From positions 248,001 to 312,000 of the forward strand of contig NIVC01000696.1 in NCBI GenBank assembly GCA_002269645.1: 64,000 nucleotides of DNA, read 5' to 3'. The stretch is from Macrostomum lignano (lineage: Eukaryota). Position numbers and translations under genes: made by a program. Positions 41,162-53,742 of the stretch are shown piece by piece. Under the pieces are notes generated by a model. It saw only the letters and a program-made list of their open reading frames with translations. It was not told the DNA's origin and searched no databases. How positions within the stretch are numbered: position 1 is the stretch's first letter; each line of letters opens with the position of its first letter.

Positions 41162-41562
41162 CTACTCAATTCGTCGTTGAATATAATATTGCCCGCCGCT
41201 AACAGCCGAATAATAATTTGGCGGCTCGGGGCTCGTGCTCATGGGAACGGGATCCGCTTGCACTGGCTGCTGTTGCTCCGTGATGCCGCTGTGCTCCTGG
41301 TGCTGCAGCAGGAGCGCGTGCTGCTGCTGGATGCTGTGCCGCCTGGCGTAGCATTTGCAGAACACCAGCACGCTGACCAGGAATATTAGCAGGCAGGACA
41401 TGACGATGAAGATTGTGGTGCTGCTGAACAGACCGGAGTTTGAGCTGCTGAAGTAGTTATAATAGCTGGCCGTGTATTGCCAGTCTGAATTCGTCTGCAT
41501 CTTGTAGGCGGCAAAGCTGCCGAAGCGGGCCACGCCGCCCCTGGCGCGGACCAGCAGCGGGC
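41162..41562 (-). CDS. Small single-pass membrane protein with PPxY motif (WBP1/VOPP1/Shisa-like tail), exon 2
   Basis: Acceptor CCTTCCGACTCTCCAACAG (phase 1), short Tyr/Ser ectodomain, TM IFIVMSCLLIFLVSVLVFCKC, Gln-rich tail with PPNY. AATAAA about 120 nt past the stop. Confidence 0.75.
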
Positions 41563-42583
41563 CTGTTGGAGAGTCGGAAGGGTAGACAGTAAAGTGTGGA
41601 CATTGTAAAGATCAAAGTAAAGTGGCCAATTGTGCTGCAGTGTTAGCGTTCAAAGATTTGTAACGAATTGTCTCAGAAGAACTAATGGAGCGAAAATGGT
41701 AGTTATTTTTTCCCAGTATAAATCGAGATTCTTTTCCGAGTAAGTACGTCTCACTACTAATATCTGCAATGTAAAAGCGGCTAAAAATCTGCAATCACTA
41801 TAAAAATATATCGAAATAAATAATTAAAATATATACACGTGTGTAATTCATTTGCAAACATTTTATACGGTCAATCTCAATGTAATACTGACATTGAAGC
41901 TTTAATTCCAACTTTGTGAATAATAAACTAATCTGTGAGTAAAATGAATTTGTAGCAGACTCAATTTATGTATCTATGTATTGGCTTATTCCTCAACAAG
42001 TCTTTAAATAATATGGTTCTTTTGAAGTCATTAATTTAAAAGCTTATATCCATAAAATATAATTAATTATATATTTAATGAATATTTAATGAACCATTTT
42101 CTTAAATAGTGTAGCAAGTTTATTCTTTTGTATATTGACACTTAAAAGTGGCAGAGATAAATTTAAATGCACAGTATAGCTTTAGATTTTAAGATTCTAA
42201 GTGATCATAAAAAGATTAAAAATCTATCATAAATTTCAATAAAGTAAAAATTTTCGTTTTAAGGGAATTTTTTTATGTTATTTGTTGAGTTCATTGAATA
42301 AAGCAAACACACTCACTTTACTCTTATTGAGGCAATAGAAGATATTTTTAAAATGATTTTCCTTAATTACTGTTTAACTCCTTACTGCTGTTTTTGCTGT
42401 TAAAATTCTAAACTATAATAAAAGAAAAAATTACATCCTTAATCTATTTCACTAATCACTTTACCTTGCTATTTGATTGTTATAGTTCAATTAAATAGAT
42501 TTTAGTCTGCGATTTAAAAAAATTTGCCCTTGTGAATCACAAAAATGAATAACGTAGAAACAAACTGTGCCATGGCTACTCAC

Positions 42584-42644
42584 TGGAAGTCAATGATACT
42601 CCACTAAAAAGTATCACATGACTCGGTTTGATTGCACAATGCAT
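42584..42644 (-). CDS. Same gene, candidate exon 1 (signal peptide)
   Basis: MHCAIKPSHVILFSGVSLTS with donor A|GTGAGT (phase 1), matching exon 2 to give 153 aa. Confidence 0.6.
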
Positions 42645-44734
42645 CGTTATTATCAGCGATAGATAGCAAACTATTTAAAGTAAAAGTAAAAGTAAAAGTA
42701 AAAAGTGACCTCGAAGCAAAAGACAATATTGTTGTTGTTGTTGTTGTTGCTGTTGCTTTGGTAACCCAGCCACTCCGGACCAATCTTTTGCATCGCAAGA
42801 CAACATGCAAATTTAAAAGCAATTATTTTATTACTGTAGGACTTCTTTAAAACAAATTGTATACGTATTTAATTTAAATTTTTTAAAATAAATTACATTG
42901 ATAGATACATACGGACAAACAATTTTTAGTATTTAGAATTTTTATTAAGGATGCATAGTTACATTTTTAATGGAATTTTTTACATGGTAACAGTTTTAGT
43001 ATATATTTTTTAAAGTACAGTTTCGTTTTAGTGGTTGGTTGGGCAATGGTGCATTTGATATGTAAATACAGAATGTACACTAAGGTCCTAGGACCAGTAG
43101 AAGTTACACGCAATATCTGAACGTTCTACGTCCTGATACAAACGATAACTTCTAATTGTGGGTCCTAGGTACATGCATCTTGAGTTTTTTGTTGCTTTAC
43201 ACGTAATAAAAATTAAAGCGCACTAAATCTAGCTGTTACTGTTACGTTTCTTTCTTATAAATGCATACATACATGTAGTAATGCTGCTGCGCTGTAGTTT
43301 TTAAAATCCATCAATATTCATCTGGGCTTTTTATACGTACACGTAATTGCGCACGTAGAGATATGATACCATGAGGCGCGGATTTAGAAAAATTTTGGAG
43401 AAGCAAACCTATACGTAAGCCTTACTAAAAGTGAAAAAAACAAGGCTGGGGGCCATGGCTTCCTTGCCCACTCCGTGGATCCACCACGACGATATACACA
43501 ATAGTACTGCACAAATACAGCTACATATGTATGAATTTCACAACAGTTCACAACATGTATCTGCATATATCCTATAACTAAATTTTTTGTTAATTAGTTA
43601 ATTATTTCTCGTCATCTTTGATAACCAGTGGCGAATGTAAGTTTATTACCGGGGGTCAGCCGACCCCCTGACCCACCAGTCCTGATAACTACATAAAAAT
43701 ACTATAAATCTCAATTTCCAACTACATCTTAAAGATGGTTATTTTTAGTGCTGAATATATCTAGCCTAAACGAATGGCTACGTCATCTTAAATAGCACTG
43801 TCAGGCACAATGTGAAATAGGTAAACAAGAGTGCTGCACGTTGCATACGGACATTTTACGTTGCTGGACAATTTAAAAAGTGCTCATCTTTTGATGAGAT
43901 GCTGCAGGATCACACAGAGTGATTATTTAGTCTATTCACTGAATAATAACTGACTTGAATATTAACTGCAACAAGGCATATAGTTGTGCTGATCAGCTAG
44001 CTTTAAGACGCATAAAAACGAGGTAAAAAGCGAAAGTGCAAAGTATCTTATAGATCGAATAAATAACATCATAACTATTAGACATTGCACAATAACATAA
44101 CTGGATTGTTGTAATGAATAACTGGATAAACTAATGGCTTGCTATTATTTTGAACAATAATTGTTTGGTACAAAAACTCGCACTGTTAAACAAAGTGGGT
44201 GAAAAATTTTCATTTTTTTTCAATTTTTGAAAGAATTTAGCACAGTGACCGATTGAACTTACAAAAGCGAGCTTAAGCGTTTTGTTAAAAATACGTTAAT
44301 ATTTTTATAACAATTGAGAAGATCAAATTAACAAGTTAAAATTAATGTAAACAGGTAAATTGCCATACAAATAGTCAAAAAGATCCCATAGCAACGCACT
44401 CAACTGTTAGAGAAATTTTAAACCAATAAAACAATTTCAACTTGCAAGTCAGCTTGCAACTGGACACAGATTCCTCAATTCAACTGCAAATTAAGCCAGC
44501 ATGCGTCAAGACAGACAAGCTTATCTTATCTAACGAAAACTTTAGTACGAGTATCATTAGCTTGTTCACCTGTGCTGCTCCATTGGAGCGCCTAAATAAC
44601 GTTATAATTAAATAAACCAGCCAAAAAAGTTCTTTTACTGCAGTTTTTGATCACTACTACCGTGAAATCATCAAAAATCACTAAACGTCTGCACTTATGG
44701 GAGATATAAAGTTTTTTATCTGAAATAAAGTTTG

Positions 44735-45527
44735 GAGTTCATAAAGTTTAGATCTGTTGAATTTTCGAGTTCATAAAGTTTAGATCTGTTGAATTTTCGA
44801 GTTCATAAAGTTTTGATCTGTTGAATTTTCGAGTTCATAAAGTTTTGATCTGTTGAATTTTCGAGTTCATAAAGTTTTGATCTGTTGAATTTTCGAGTTC
44901 ATAAAGTTTTGATCTGTTGAATTCTCGAGTTCATAAAGTTTTGATCTGTTGAATTTTCGAGTTCATAAAGTTTTGATCTGTTGAATTCTCGAGTTCATAA
45001 AGTTTTGATCTGTTGAATTTTCGAGTTCATAAAGTTTTGATCTGTTGAATTTTCGAGTTCATAAAGTTTTGATCTGTTGAATTCTCGAGTTCATAAAGTT
45101 TTGATCTGTTGAAGTTTCGAGTTTATAAAGTTTTGATCTGTTGAATTTTCGAGTTCATAAAGTTTTTTATCTGTTGAATTTTCGAGTTCATAAAGTTTTG
45201 ATCTGTTGAATTTTCGAGTTCATAAAGTTTTGATCTGTTGAATTTTCGAGTTCATAAAGTTTTGATCTGTTGAATTTTCGAGTTCATAAAGTTTTGATCT
45301 GTTGAATTTTCGAGTTCATAAAGTTTTTGATCTGTTGAATTTTCGAGTTCATAAAGTTTTGATCTGTTGAATTTTGGAGTTCATAAAGTTTTTGATCTGT
45401 TGAATTTTCGAGTTCATAAAGTTTTGATCTGTTGAATTTTGGAGTTCATAAAGTTTTGATCTGTTGAATTTTCGAGTTTATAAAGTTTTGATCTGTTGAA
45501 TTTTCGAGTTCATAAAGTTTTTGATCT
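44735..45527. repeat. 32-bp minisatellite, about 25 units (GAGTTCATAAAGTTTTGATCTGTTGAATTTTC)
   Basis: Visible period of 32, with 33-bp variants. Confidence 0.96.
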
Positions 45528-45628
45528 AATGAGGTTTCAAGCTTCTGAAAACACTAGATCAGATTTCTACCACAGCTAGCGACTGCCCTACAACATGGGT
45601 CAACAAACTGTTATACCCCAATGGACAA

Positions 45629-45840
45629 GATAGAGAACATAGAGAGGAGAAGAGAGGAGTGGAGAAGAGGAGAGAGAGGAGGATAGAGGGTAGAGGGGAG
45701 ATGAGGAGAGAGGAGACGAGAGATGATAGAATGATAGAGAAGAGAGGAGAGAGTGAAGATTAGAGAGAAGAGAGCTGAGAAGAGATATAAACATCGAGCG
45801 GGCCGGATTGCTATTGTGAAGTTTCAAAGAACCCGAGGAC
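45629..45840 (+). repeat. Dispersed repeat, copy 2: GA-rich tract plus TATTGTGAAGTTTCAAAGAACCCGAGGAC
   Basis: Shares its GATAGAGAA start and terminal motif with copy 1. Confidence 0.7.
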
Positions 45841-45965
45841 TGGCGTTTGCCGACTACTGCCCTACACCCATTCCCAGTGTAAATGGTCAGTTCCCTGTAT
45901 TATTCCCACTGGTTTTACAGTCCCAATATCCCATGAATATAGCGGGAAAATCGCAGCCGCCGACT

Positions 45966-46620
45966 TCACATCGGCCCGGGATAAGCCGGCGGTGGCAGAT
46001 TAGGCGGCGGAGCTCCGCCAGGCGGCTGGTAGATCGGATAGGGCGGAGCTGACTCAGCTGAGGAGACCCCGCCAGTGGGCAGCGGAGGCGGATAGGCGGC
46101 CTGCGGCTGCATCGGAGGCGGATAGGCGGCCTGCTGCATCGGATAGGCGGATGCAGTTTTGCCGGCCGGATCCTCAGTAGGCACAGGCGTTGGCTGCTGA
46201 TGGTGGCCGGGCCTCCGGTTGCGGAATTTGCAGTAGAGCATCAGACCGCAGCAGCAGCATAGGAACAGAATTGACAGCACGCTGATTATGGCAATCACAG
46301 CGCCAGATAGGCCAACAATACGATTGCCATACTGCAGATAGAATTCCTCTTTGTCGCAGCAGTACTGCTGTTCAACAGGGCCGCAGCAGTACTTTCTATT
46401 GTCCCAACGGATAATGTAATTGATGTCCGTTGGGCAGATGAAATACTTGTAGCTTATGGTCACATTCTGTTCATTCCGGCCAGTGAAATTGCCCCGGCAG
46501 ATCGCGTAGTCATCAGAATCGTATCTGTAGCCGCCGCCAATGTGGAATTTGGGCCGCAGCTTGTAGGCGATGTACACAGAGCCGGCGGCTAGCAGCATTT
46601 TCTTATTAATGCCTATACCG
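45966..46620 (-). CDS. Shisa-like (six-Cys STMC6-type) single-pass membrane protein, last exon
   Basis: C..FICP..YCCG..YCC six-Cys pattern, TM GLSGAVIAIISVLSILFL, CCCC cluster, Pro-rich tail with AYPPP/PPY/PPPAY. Acceptor TTTCCCAATCCCGCAG (phase 2). Confidence 0.88.
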
Positions 46621-46713
46621 CTGCGGGATTGGGAAATTCAAAATGTATGCAACTTGGCAGTGCGTGGCAGAGGGGAACTCACGAGTCTTAATTCAAAACC
46701 CCCACTATGCCTT

Positions 46714-47702
46714 GAGAATCTCACACCTAAAACTGCCCTTCACTCTAGAGAACCTCACACCTAAAACTGCCTTTCACTCTAGAGAACCTCACACCTAAGA
46801 CTGCCCTTCACTCTAGAGAACCTCACACCTAAGACTGCCCTTCACTCCAGAGAATTTCACACCTAAAACTGCCCTTCACTCTAGAGAACCTCACACCTAA
46901 AACTGCCCTTCACTCTAGAGAATCTCACACGGTCACACCTAAGACTGCCCTTCACTCCAGAGAATTTCACACCTAAAACTGCCCTTCACTCTAGAGAACC
47001 TCACACCTAAAACTGCCCTTCACTCTAGAGAATCTCACACGGTCACACCTAAGACTGCCCTTCACTCTAGAGAATCTCACACCTAAAACTGCCCTTTACT
47101 CTAGAGAATCTCACACCTAAAACTGCCTTTCACTCTAGAGAATCTCACACCTAAAACTGCCCTTCACTCTAGAGAATCTCACACGGTCACACCTAAGACT
47201 GCCCTTCACTCTAGAGAATCTCACACCTAAAACTGCCCTTCACTCTAGAGAATCTCACACCTAAAACTGCCTTTCACTCTAGAGAATCTCACACCTAAAA
47301 CTGCCCTTCACTCTAGAGAACCTCACACCTAAAACTGCCCTTCACTCTAGAGAATCTCACACGGTCACACCTAAGACTGCCCTTCACTCCAGAGAATTTC
47401 ACACCTAAAACTGCCCTTCACTCTAGAGAATCTCACACCTAAAACTGCCCTTCACTCTAGAGAATCTCACACGGTCACACCTAAGACTGCCCTTCACTCT
47501 AGAGAATCTCACACCTAAAACTGCCTTTCACTCTAGAGAATCTCACACCTAAAACTGCCCTTCACTCTAGAGAATCTCACACGGTCACACCTAAGACTGC
47601 CCTTCACTCTAGAGAATTTCACACCTAAGACTGCCCTTCACTCCAGAGAACCTCACACCTAAAACTGCCCTTCACTCTAGAGAATCTCACACCTAAAACT
47701 GC
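46714..47702. repeat. 34-bp minisatellite in the Shisa-like intron (CTAGAGAATCTCACACCTAAAACTGCCCTTCACT)
   Basis: Visible period with recurrent GGTCACAC insertion variants. Confidence 0.95.
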
Positions 47703-47984
47703 ATCAACTTTACCCATAATAATGGAAAATCTCACCAGGAGTTCTAGAAAATCTTACAACTGAAACCCCAGCTAAGAATATCTAAAGAGAATACCCTGAA
47801 AATAGCTACCAGCTGCAAGAATCCCTGATAATACAATCCTAAAGTAAAATCTAGCTTATATTTTATGAAACCAACTGCAATCCAGCTTAAAGGGACTCTA
47901 TGCTTGAGCCTTGGGGATATTGAAGCTCAGCTGAGCGTGTCATATAATTAAAGCCGTTAGCAACAAGCAAATGAGAGTGCTCAC

Positions 47985-48135
47985 CCCATCCTGCGCATGA
48001 CGCCAGGGGCCATTTTGTAGTTGGACGCCCGAAACGAGCCGGAGCCGCCATAGGACCGGTAGGAAGGAGACCGGTAGCGGTAGCTCCTAGACCGGAATGA
48101 CCGGAATGAACTGCGGCGCCCGGCAACAGCGCAGA
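47985..48135 (-). CDS. Shisa-like gene, internal exon encoding an Arg/Ser/Tyr-rich segment
   Basis: Acceptor TCGCACAG (phase 1). CAVAGRRSSFRSFRSRSYRYRSPSYRSYGGSGSFRASNYKMAPGVMRRMG. Donor GG|GTGAGC (phase 2) matches the last exon. The signal-peptide exon was not found. Confidence 0.75.
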
Positions 48136-48338
48136 CTGTGCGATTCAAATGGATTTGTTGGGTGCGAGATTCATATGTAATCATATCTATGTATTTAACA
48201 TATTAATAAAATGCAATTTAACACAATCTAATAATTGTAAGGCAGCATAGAGCAATCAGATATAAATGCTTTATATGCAAAATTCATAAAATATTACTAT
48301 CTACTAACTGAAGTAGACTAGATAGAGTTGTTAAAAAT

Positions 48339-48434
48339 GCGGTGTTGTAGCGCAGGACTCATGACTTAAAGGTTGGGGGTTCGATTTTCAACCCATTCAG
48401 AACAATGCAGGTCCTTAAGCAAGACACCTAACTC
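48339..48434 (+). mobile_element. tRNA-derived SINE remnant
   Basis: A-box-like GGTGTTGTAGCGC, B-box-like GGTTCGATT, then GTCCTTAAGCAAGACAC. Confidence 0.7.
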
Positions 48435-48786
48435 TTGTAAGTAATGCAGATGCACTTTTGATGTAACCCAGTGATTCCGCAGAAACTCTAGCATGCCTCA
48501 GATATAACTCTACAGTCCCAGAGTCATTTTAGAAGCACCCTATAGTCACATGCACTGCCCCAGAGTCATTCCTGAGTTGCAGACAACAAAACACCTCAAA
48601 TTGATGCAAGTGACTCTGGACTACTTCTTGGCCTAGGTATCATTTTCATCAGTTATAGCTATGAAATACTATAGCAAGCATGGTACAATAAGTACCTTAT
48701 GGCAGTAACAAATATGCCTACAGAAAACAACTTCTCTTATGGTTATGACAATAAAAATATTGTAGTTTGCATAGAGCATAGAGATG

Positions 48787-49873
48787 CATTGGTGGGTTCA
48801 GCACGCCTGTGTAGCATGAGACAGACCAGGCTTATGAGCTAAGGTCTGCGATCCTACACACCTGCACCCCCTTTATTCTGGTGCAAGAATGGCAGGAGAA
48901 CTCTCCAAGCTGACTCACAAGCCGACCCAGGGGTTCACGCCCCGCATGTGTTCAAGGCAGCTCTAGGGCTGCTGGACTGACTGGGCTCTGGTGGCGGCAA
49001 ACCCACCCGTAGTCTTGACCTCGGTCTTGGCTGTGTTGGGTACGGGCTCTGCTCGGAAGTGAACCTGTGCGTATCAGGTACCTCTGGTCATGGCTCTGAG
49101 AAACAGGTACCACCCTCTGACCTTAACAGGATATGCGGCCAGTCCGCAGGCTCCGGGGACAGCCTTTTGTCTCTCTCAAGGGCCCAGTATAGTACCGCGC
49201 TGATGGTCCTTTGGTTTGGCCTCTGGTTCTCCAAGCCGGGGAGTTTCTTGGTTGCTAGCGGTTGGGCCAGTAAGGGCTTAAGCCACCCCCAGGTCGCTAT
49301 CTTTTGGCTGGCTGTTGGGTTTGGGGTTACGGCCTAGCAGCTTCTCACTTCTAGTCCCCATTCGCCTTTCAGCGACTCATGGAGTATTCATGACACATCA
49401 GCACCGCAGTTCATTCATGGCACATCAGGTCACATCAGGGCAGTGACCATGGCCCTCTCAGGTCATGGCTGTTTTGCCATGCATCGCTACCTCCAGGGAA
49501 AAATCTGCAGTGAGGAATGCCCATTCTGCCTCTCCAGTGTCGAGAATGTGGAGCACTTCATCTGTGAATGCCCCGCCTTTACTCAGGTCAGGCTCACCTA
49601 CCTCGGCCCAAACCAGGACCTCTCCAGTGTTTTCAGGCCCGAGAATCTCTGCCAGCTTGTCTGCTACCTAAGGGCTACTGGGTGAGTGACAGTCCACCTC
49701 CTGGACCCTCCAGAGGGGGACCGCGCTGCGGACACCGGCACCACCGGAACTCCCTGCATGACACTGCAGCACTAGCTGCCCATGGTCGCCAGGGGTTAGC
49801 AAAATGAGCGGCAACGCCTCCTCACTGTTTCTGGACGCATGGAGCCCCCTGCAGCTAAGTCAAGTAAGTTAAG
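48787..49873 (+). mobile_element. 5'-truncated LINE (C-terminal CCHC finger, I/R1-like group) with a 49-bp flanking duplication
   Basis: LSGHG..CPFC..ENVEHFICECP..RLTYLG at 49443-49685, AAGT-type 3' tail at about 49856-49873, near-identical 49-bp direct repeats at 48738-48786 and 49874-49922. Confidence 0.85.
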
Positions 49874-52844
49874 TATGGCTATGACAATAAAAATATTTTA
49901 GTTTGCATAGAGCATAGAGATGTGGCATCTTTTTTACTTTTGTCCTCTTCTTGCTATATTGTTAAATCTTTAAATGTTAAAGAAAAAGAAGAAAAAAGTC
50001 AAAAAATAATAAAAATATTTTTTTCTATTATCTTTCCTATTTTTTTCTTACCATATTTGTATGTTTCTACTTCAAGTAGCTGTATATAAAATACAAAAAA
50101 TTGCTATGGGTTTACAAAAGTTTGCTAAAAATAATCACTTTGTTTTTAGCCTATAATCATTCAATCCTTTGATACAACCAACAAGATGAAAGACCACCAA
50201 ACCTGGCAATTTCTTTTACTTTAAAAAACTAGGAATATAGACATATATACACATCTTTATATATAGGTTATATGATGCCGTGGTGGGGTTTCTTAGAAAG
50301 CTTAAATTCAAACTTACACGCCAAAAATGTATGTTGTTTTACTTTTCAAAATATTCTCTATAATAATAGCCTTTTGTCAAAATACACTTGTTTCAGTTAG
50401 TATAAATAGGAGCAAAGTTTAGGGAGAGAGAACCAACTTGCTCATGTGATCAAATCATTTATAGCTTGTTCAAAACTTGTGTTAATAAGCTCAAATGAGT
50501 TCAGTTCACAGATCATTGCTTATTTCTAAGAGTATTGTAAAGAAGGTTGAAAGTCAGAATTGGGAATTCATGCAAATAGAATACTAAGAGTAATTGCTGT
50601 GACCCTCTAATCTTGGTACTGCCCAGACTGGAGAGAAATACATATAACAGTAAGGCCACTTGGACCATATACTAATGATGCTATAAGAACATTGCTAAGA
50701 ATGCTACCAGAACACTAACAAGAATGCTACCTAGAAATATATGACACAGTTAGAAATATTAGAAAAAAGGGATATAATTAACTAAATAAGGAAAGCTTTA
50801 GTACAACTTTGAGATTTATAAAGAAAGCTAAAATGCCTGTTACAACTTGGTGGCTTAACAGTGGGATTGAAATATATAGACTAAGAAGAAATAGCCCTGC
50901 AACAGTTAAATGACTTAATAGAGCATATAGATATAAGAATCATTTACAAATTGTTCATTAAGAATTGCCTGCCAAGATTTGTCCACTGCAATTTGCCTGA
51001 ATTATCCACAAGGTTTGCCTATAGTGCTTTTTTACTATAGAGCATTTAGCCATGTGGTAGATTTTGTTTGCATTGCCTCCTAATGCTTAGTAACTCTTAA
51101 TAAAGAGATTTACCCAATCAAAACATTTTGATAGTAACTGCATGCAAAATGCATTTTTTGTTGTAGGTATTTAGTTCTATATAGGCCCTATATTTAGGGG
51201 TACATCAGTGAGCTATTAATGAATATATATACTATTGCTTTGTCTACTAAATCTTTTTATCAAGACTTATGATACAAGTATTGGGGGAGGGGATGTAGAC
51301 AAAATCTGCCATGTGACTATATGTAATTCACTTATAATTCACTTGCTATCAAATTGCATTATAGGCTAATCTTAGTGAAAATATGCTCATAGGCAAAATG
51401 CACCAGGGGCAAATCTTGGTGGGAAGTTTGGCAGACAAATCTCAATAGGCAATTCTTATAGACTTGACTTGATATTTATATAAGTTAATTTCCTATTAAA
51501 TTTAAAGCAGTGCAAAAATGGTTAAAAGGCTTAAAGGGTTTAAGGGTTAAATATTTTGGTCTTATGAAATTTTGGATGTATAAAAGGAAATGTGACTTTT
51601 TGAGGGACCTGTCCTAATCAGTGTGCTATCTAACTCCTCCCCCTTTTTGGCCACTATGTGGTTGGTGGGAGGAGTTCTTTGTTATTTGTCCCTTGTGTTG
51701 TTCTATTTTCTCATAAGACTGAGCTTTCTTAGAGAAACTTAGCACCAAAATTGGTTACTTTTTCTACATTTTTTCTAGACTAAGTCAATATTTTGATTGC
51801 TCCTAGATCTTTCTAATCTTCTAATAAGCACCTACTAACTACCTTTTCTTTCTCCATTGTTTTCAACTTCTTGTAACACCTACCTTCTTGAGACTTCTAG
51901 ATTGCTTGTGATTATAGACGCTATCACGACTATTCAATGACTACCATGCCAAGCAGCCTTGCCTATTAGCATATCTATTAAGTTATTATTCCTCTTTTGA
52001 ACTGCCCTTGGATATTGTCAGCTTAGTCTCCTCCAATTGCTTACCATCTAATATTATATCTTAACTTATTATGCTTTAAAAATTAAATTAACATAGAGAC
52101 AGACAAAGGTTAATAGATAAGGCCTAGTGGCTTTACCTTTTAGCACATTGCATTTTCTATGAAACAGATTCAAATACAAACATTACATTGAAAAATATTG
52201 TTTTTGTGTTTCTTTTTAAAAAGTTCCAGTACATGATATAAGTAGACTTATTTGATACATACATGCGCAACTTCTGAAATTACGCTGGCCGTGCGACTTA
52301 GTTTTCGATCAAAAATGCGACTTACCTATGTTAGAAAGCTAAAAAAATTGTGGGTAAACGGCAGGAGTAACTATGACCACATTTTAAAGGCTAAATGCCT
52401 CGCCAGCTAATTAGTGCTGATTTCGCGGTTTTTATAACAGCTAATCAGTATATCATCTAGTGGCGGCCTCAGGCAATTAGTAATGACAATGAGTAAAGAC
52501 ATGTAATGACAAAAGTTATGATTCATAAATGTCTAGAAGTAAGTGAAGTGAAGACAGTGTGACCTATAGCTCAAGAATAATTTCACTTGCTAGACGATTT
52601 GGCATGGAAGATGAGAGCCCTGATTCAGATGGCTCATCAGATGCAGAATAAAAATCCAGTGGAGATACAAGCTGTGAAAACCCACAGATTTTTAAACTGC
52701 TGAATTCCAATTCCTAGAACTATTTTGCATAGATTCTTAAATTTGAAGTCATGCACAAACAAAAACTTGTTAACAGTTAGGAAAAAGGCAAACAAGGATG
52801 GGAGTAAATGCATGTTAAATTAAGATTTGAGGCCTTTGCAAATT

Positions 52845-53315
52845 CTCTCCTTTCCTCAATCTTCTCATCCTCTTTTTCTTTTCTCTCTCATCCCTCATCC
52901 CTTCTCTTTTTCCTCTCCTCTCTTATCTCTTCTGTCTCCTCTCTACATTATTATCTCTCCTCTCGTCTCTCTCCACTTCACTCTACTCTCATCTTATCCC
53001 TCCTCTTGTCTCTCTCCACTTCACTCTACTCTCTCATCTTATCTCTCCTCTCTTCACTCTCCTCTTATCTCCTCCTTATCCTCTCTTCTCTCGTCTACTC
53101 TCTTATCTCCTTTCTTCTCTCCTCTTTCCTCTCTTTTCTGATCTCATCCATCATCATATCTTTCCTCTTTCCTCTCATCTCTCTTATCTCTCTCCTCACT
53201 CAGCTTTTCTCTCATCTTCTATCTTTTCTCCCATCGCATCGCTCGCCTCCCATCGCATCGCTCGCCTCTCCTCTGTTTGCTTATCTCCAATCTTCTATTC
53301 CCTCTACTTTGAAGT
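52845..53315. repeat. Degenerate CT-rich polypyrimidine tract
   Basis: Low-complexity TCTC/CTT sequence, followed directly by a GA-rich tract. Confidence 0.9.
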
Positions 53316-53342
53316 AAGAAAATATGCACACATTTTTGCTGA

Positions 53343-53566
53343 AGATAAGAGGAGAGAACAGGGAATTAAGGAGAAAGGGTAGAGAGAAAAGGGGAGAAAG
53401 GAGAGGGGAGAAGAGAGGAGAGTAAAAATGAGAGGAGAGAGAAAAGGGAAAAGGGGGGAGAGAGCGAAGAGGGGAGGCAAGGTAGAGAAGAAGAGAGAGA
53501 TGAGAGTTGAAGAAACACCAACCTTGCTAGTTAGAAAGTTTCAAAGAACCCGAGGGGCGAGGGCCA
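53343..53566 (+). repeat. Dispersed repeat, copy 3: GA-rich tract plus AAGTTTCAAAGAACCCGAGGGG
   Basis: Terminal motif shared with copies 1 and 2. Confidence 0.6.
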
Positions 53567-53742
53567 GATAGAGGGGCTTCGCGAGCTGGAGTTTGCCAAC
53601 CCCTGCTCCAGAGTTAAAGAAATCAATGGGAAACTGTTGACATAGGCTGCTGATTTCAAAGATCTTGTCTGTGGTTGAAGGCTTCTATTCTGTTTTTGCT
53701 CTCCTGCCACACTTGCACCTACTACCCCCTGATTGCCTCTGA

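Noticed and set aside
52808-53317. 169-aa Leu/Ser-rich apparently hydrophobic ORF
   Set aside because: Translation of a CT low-complexity tract.
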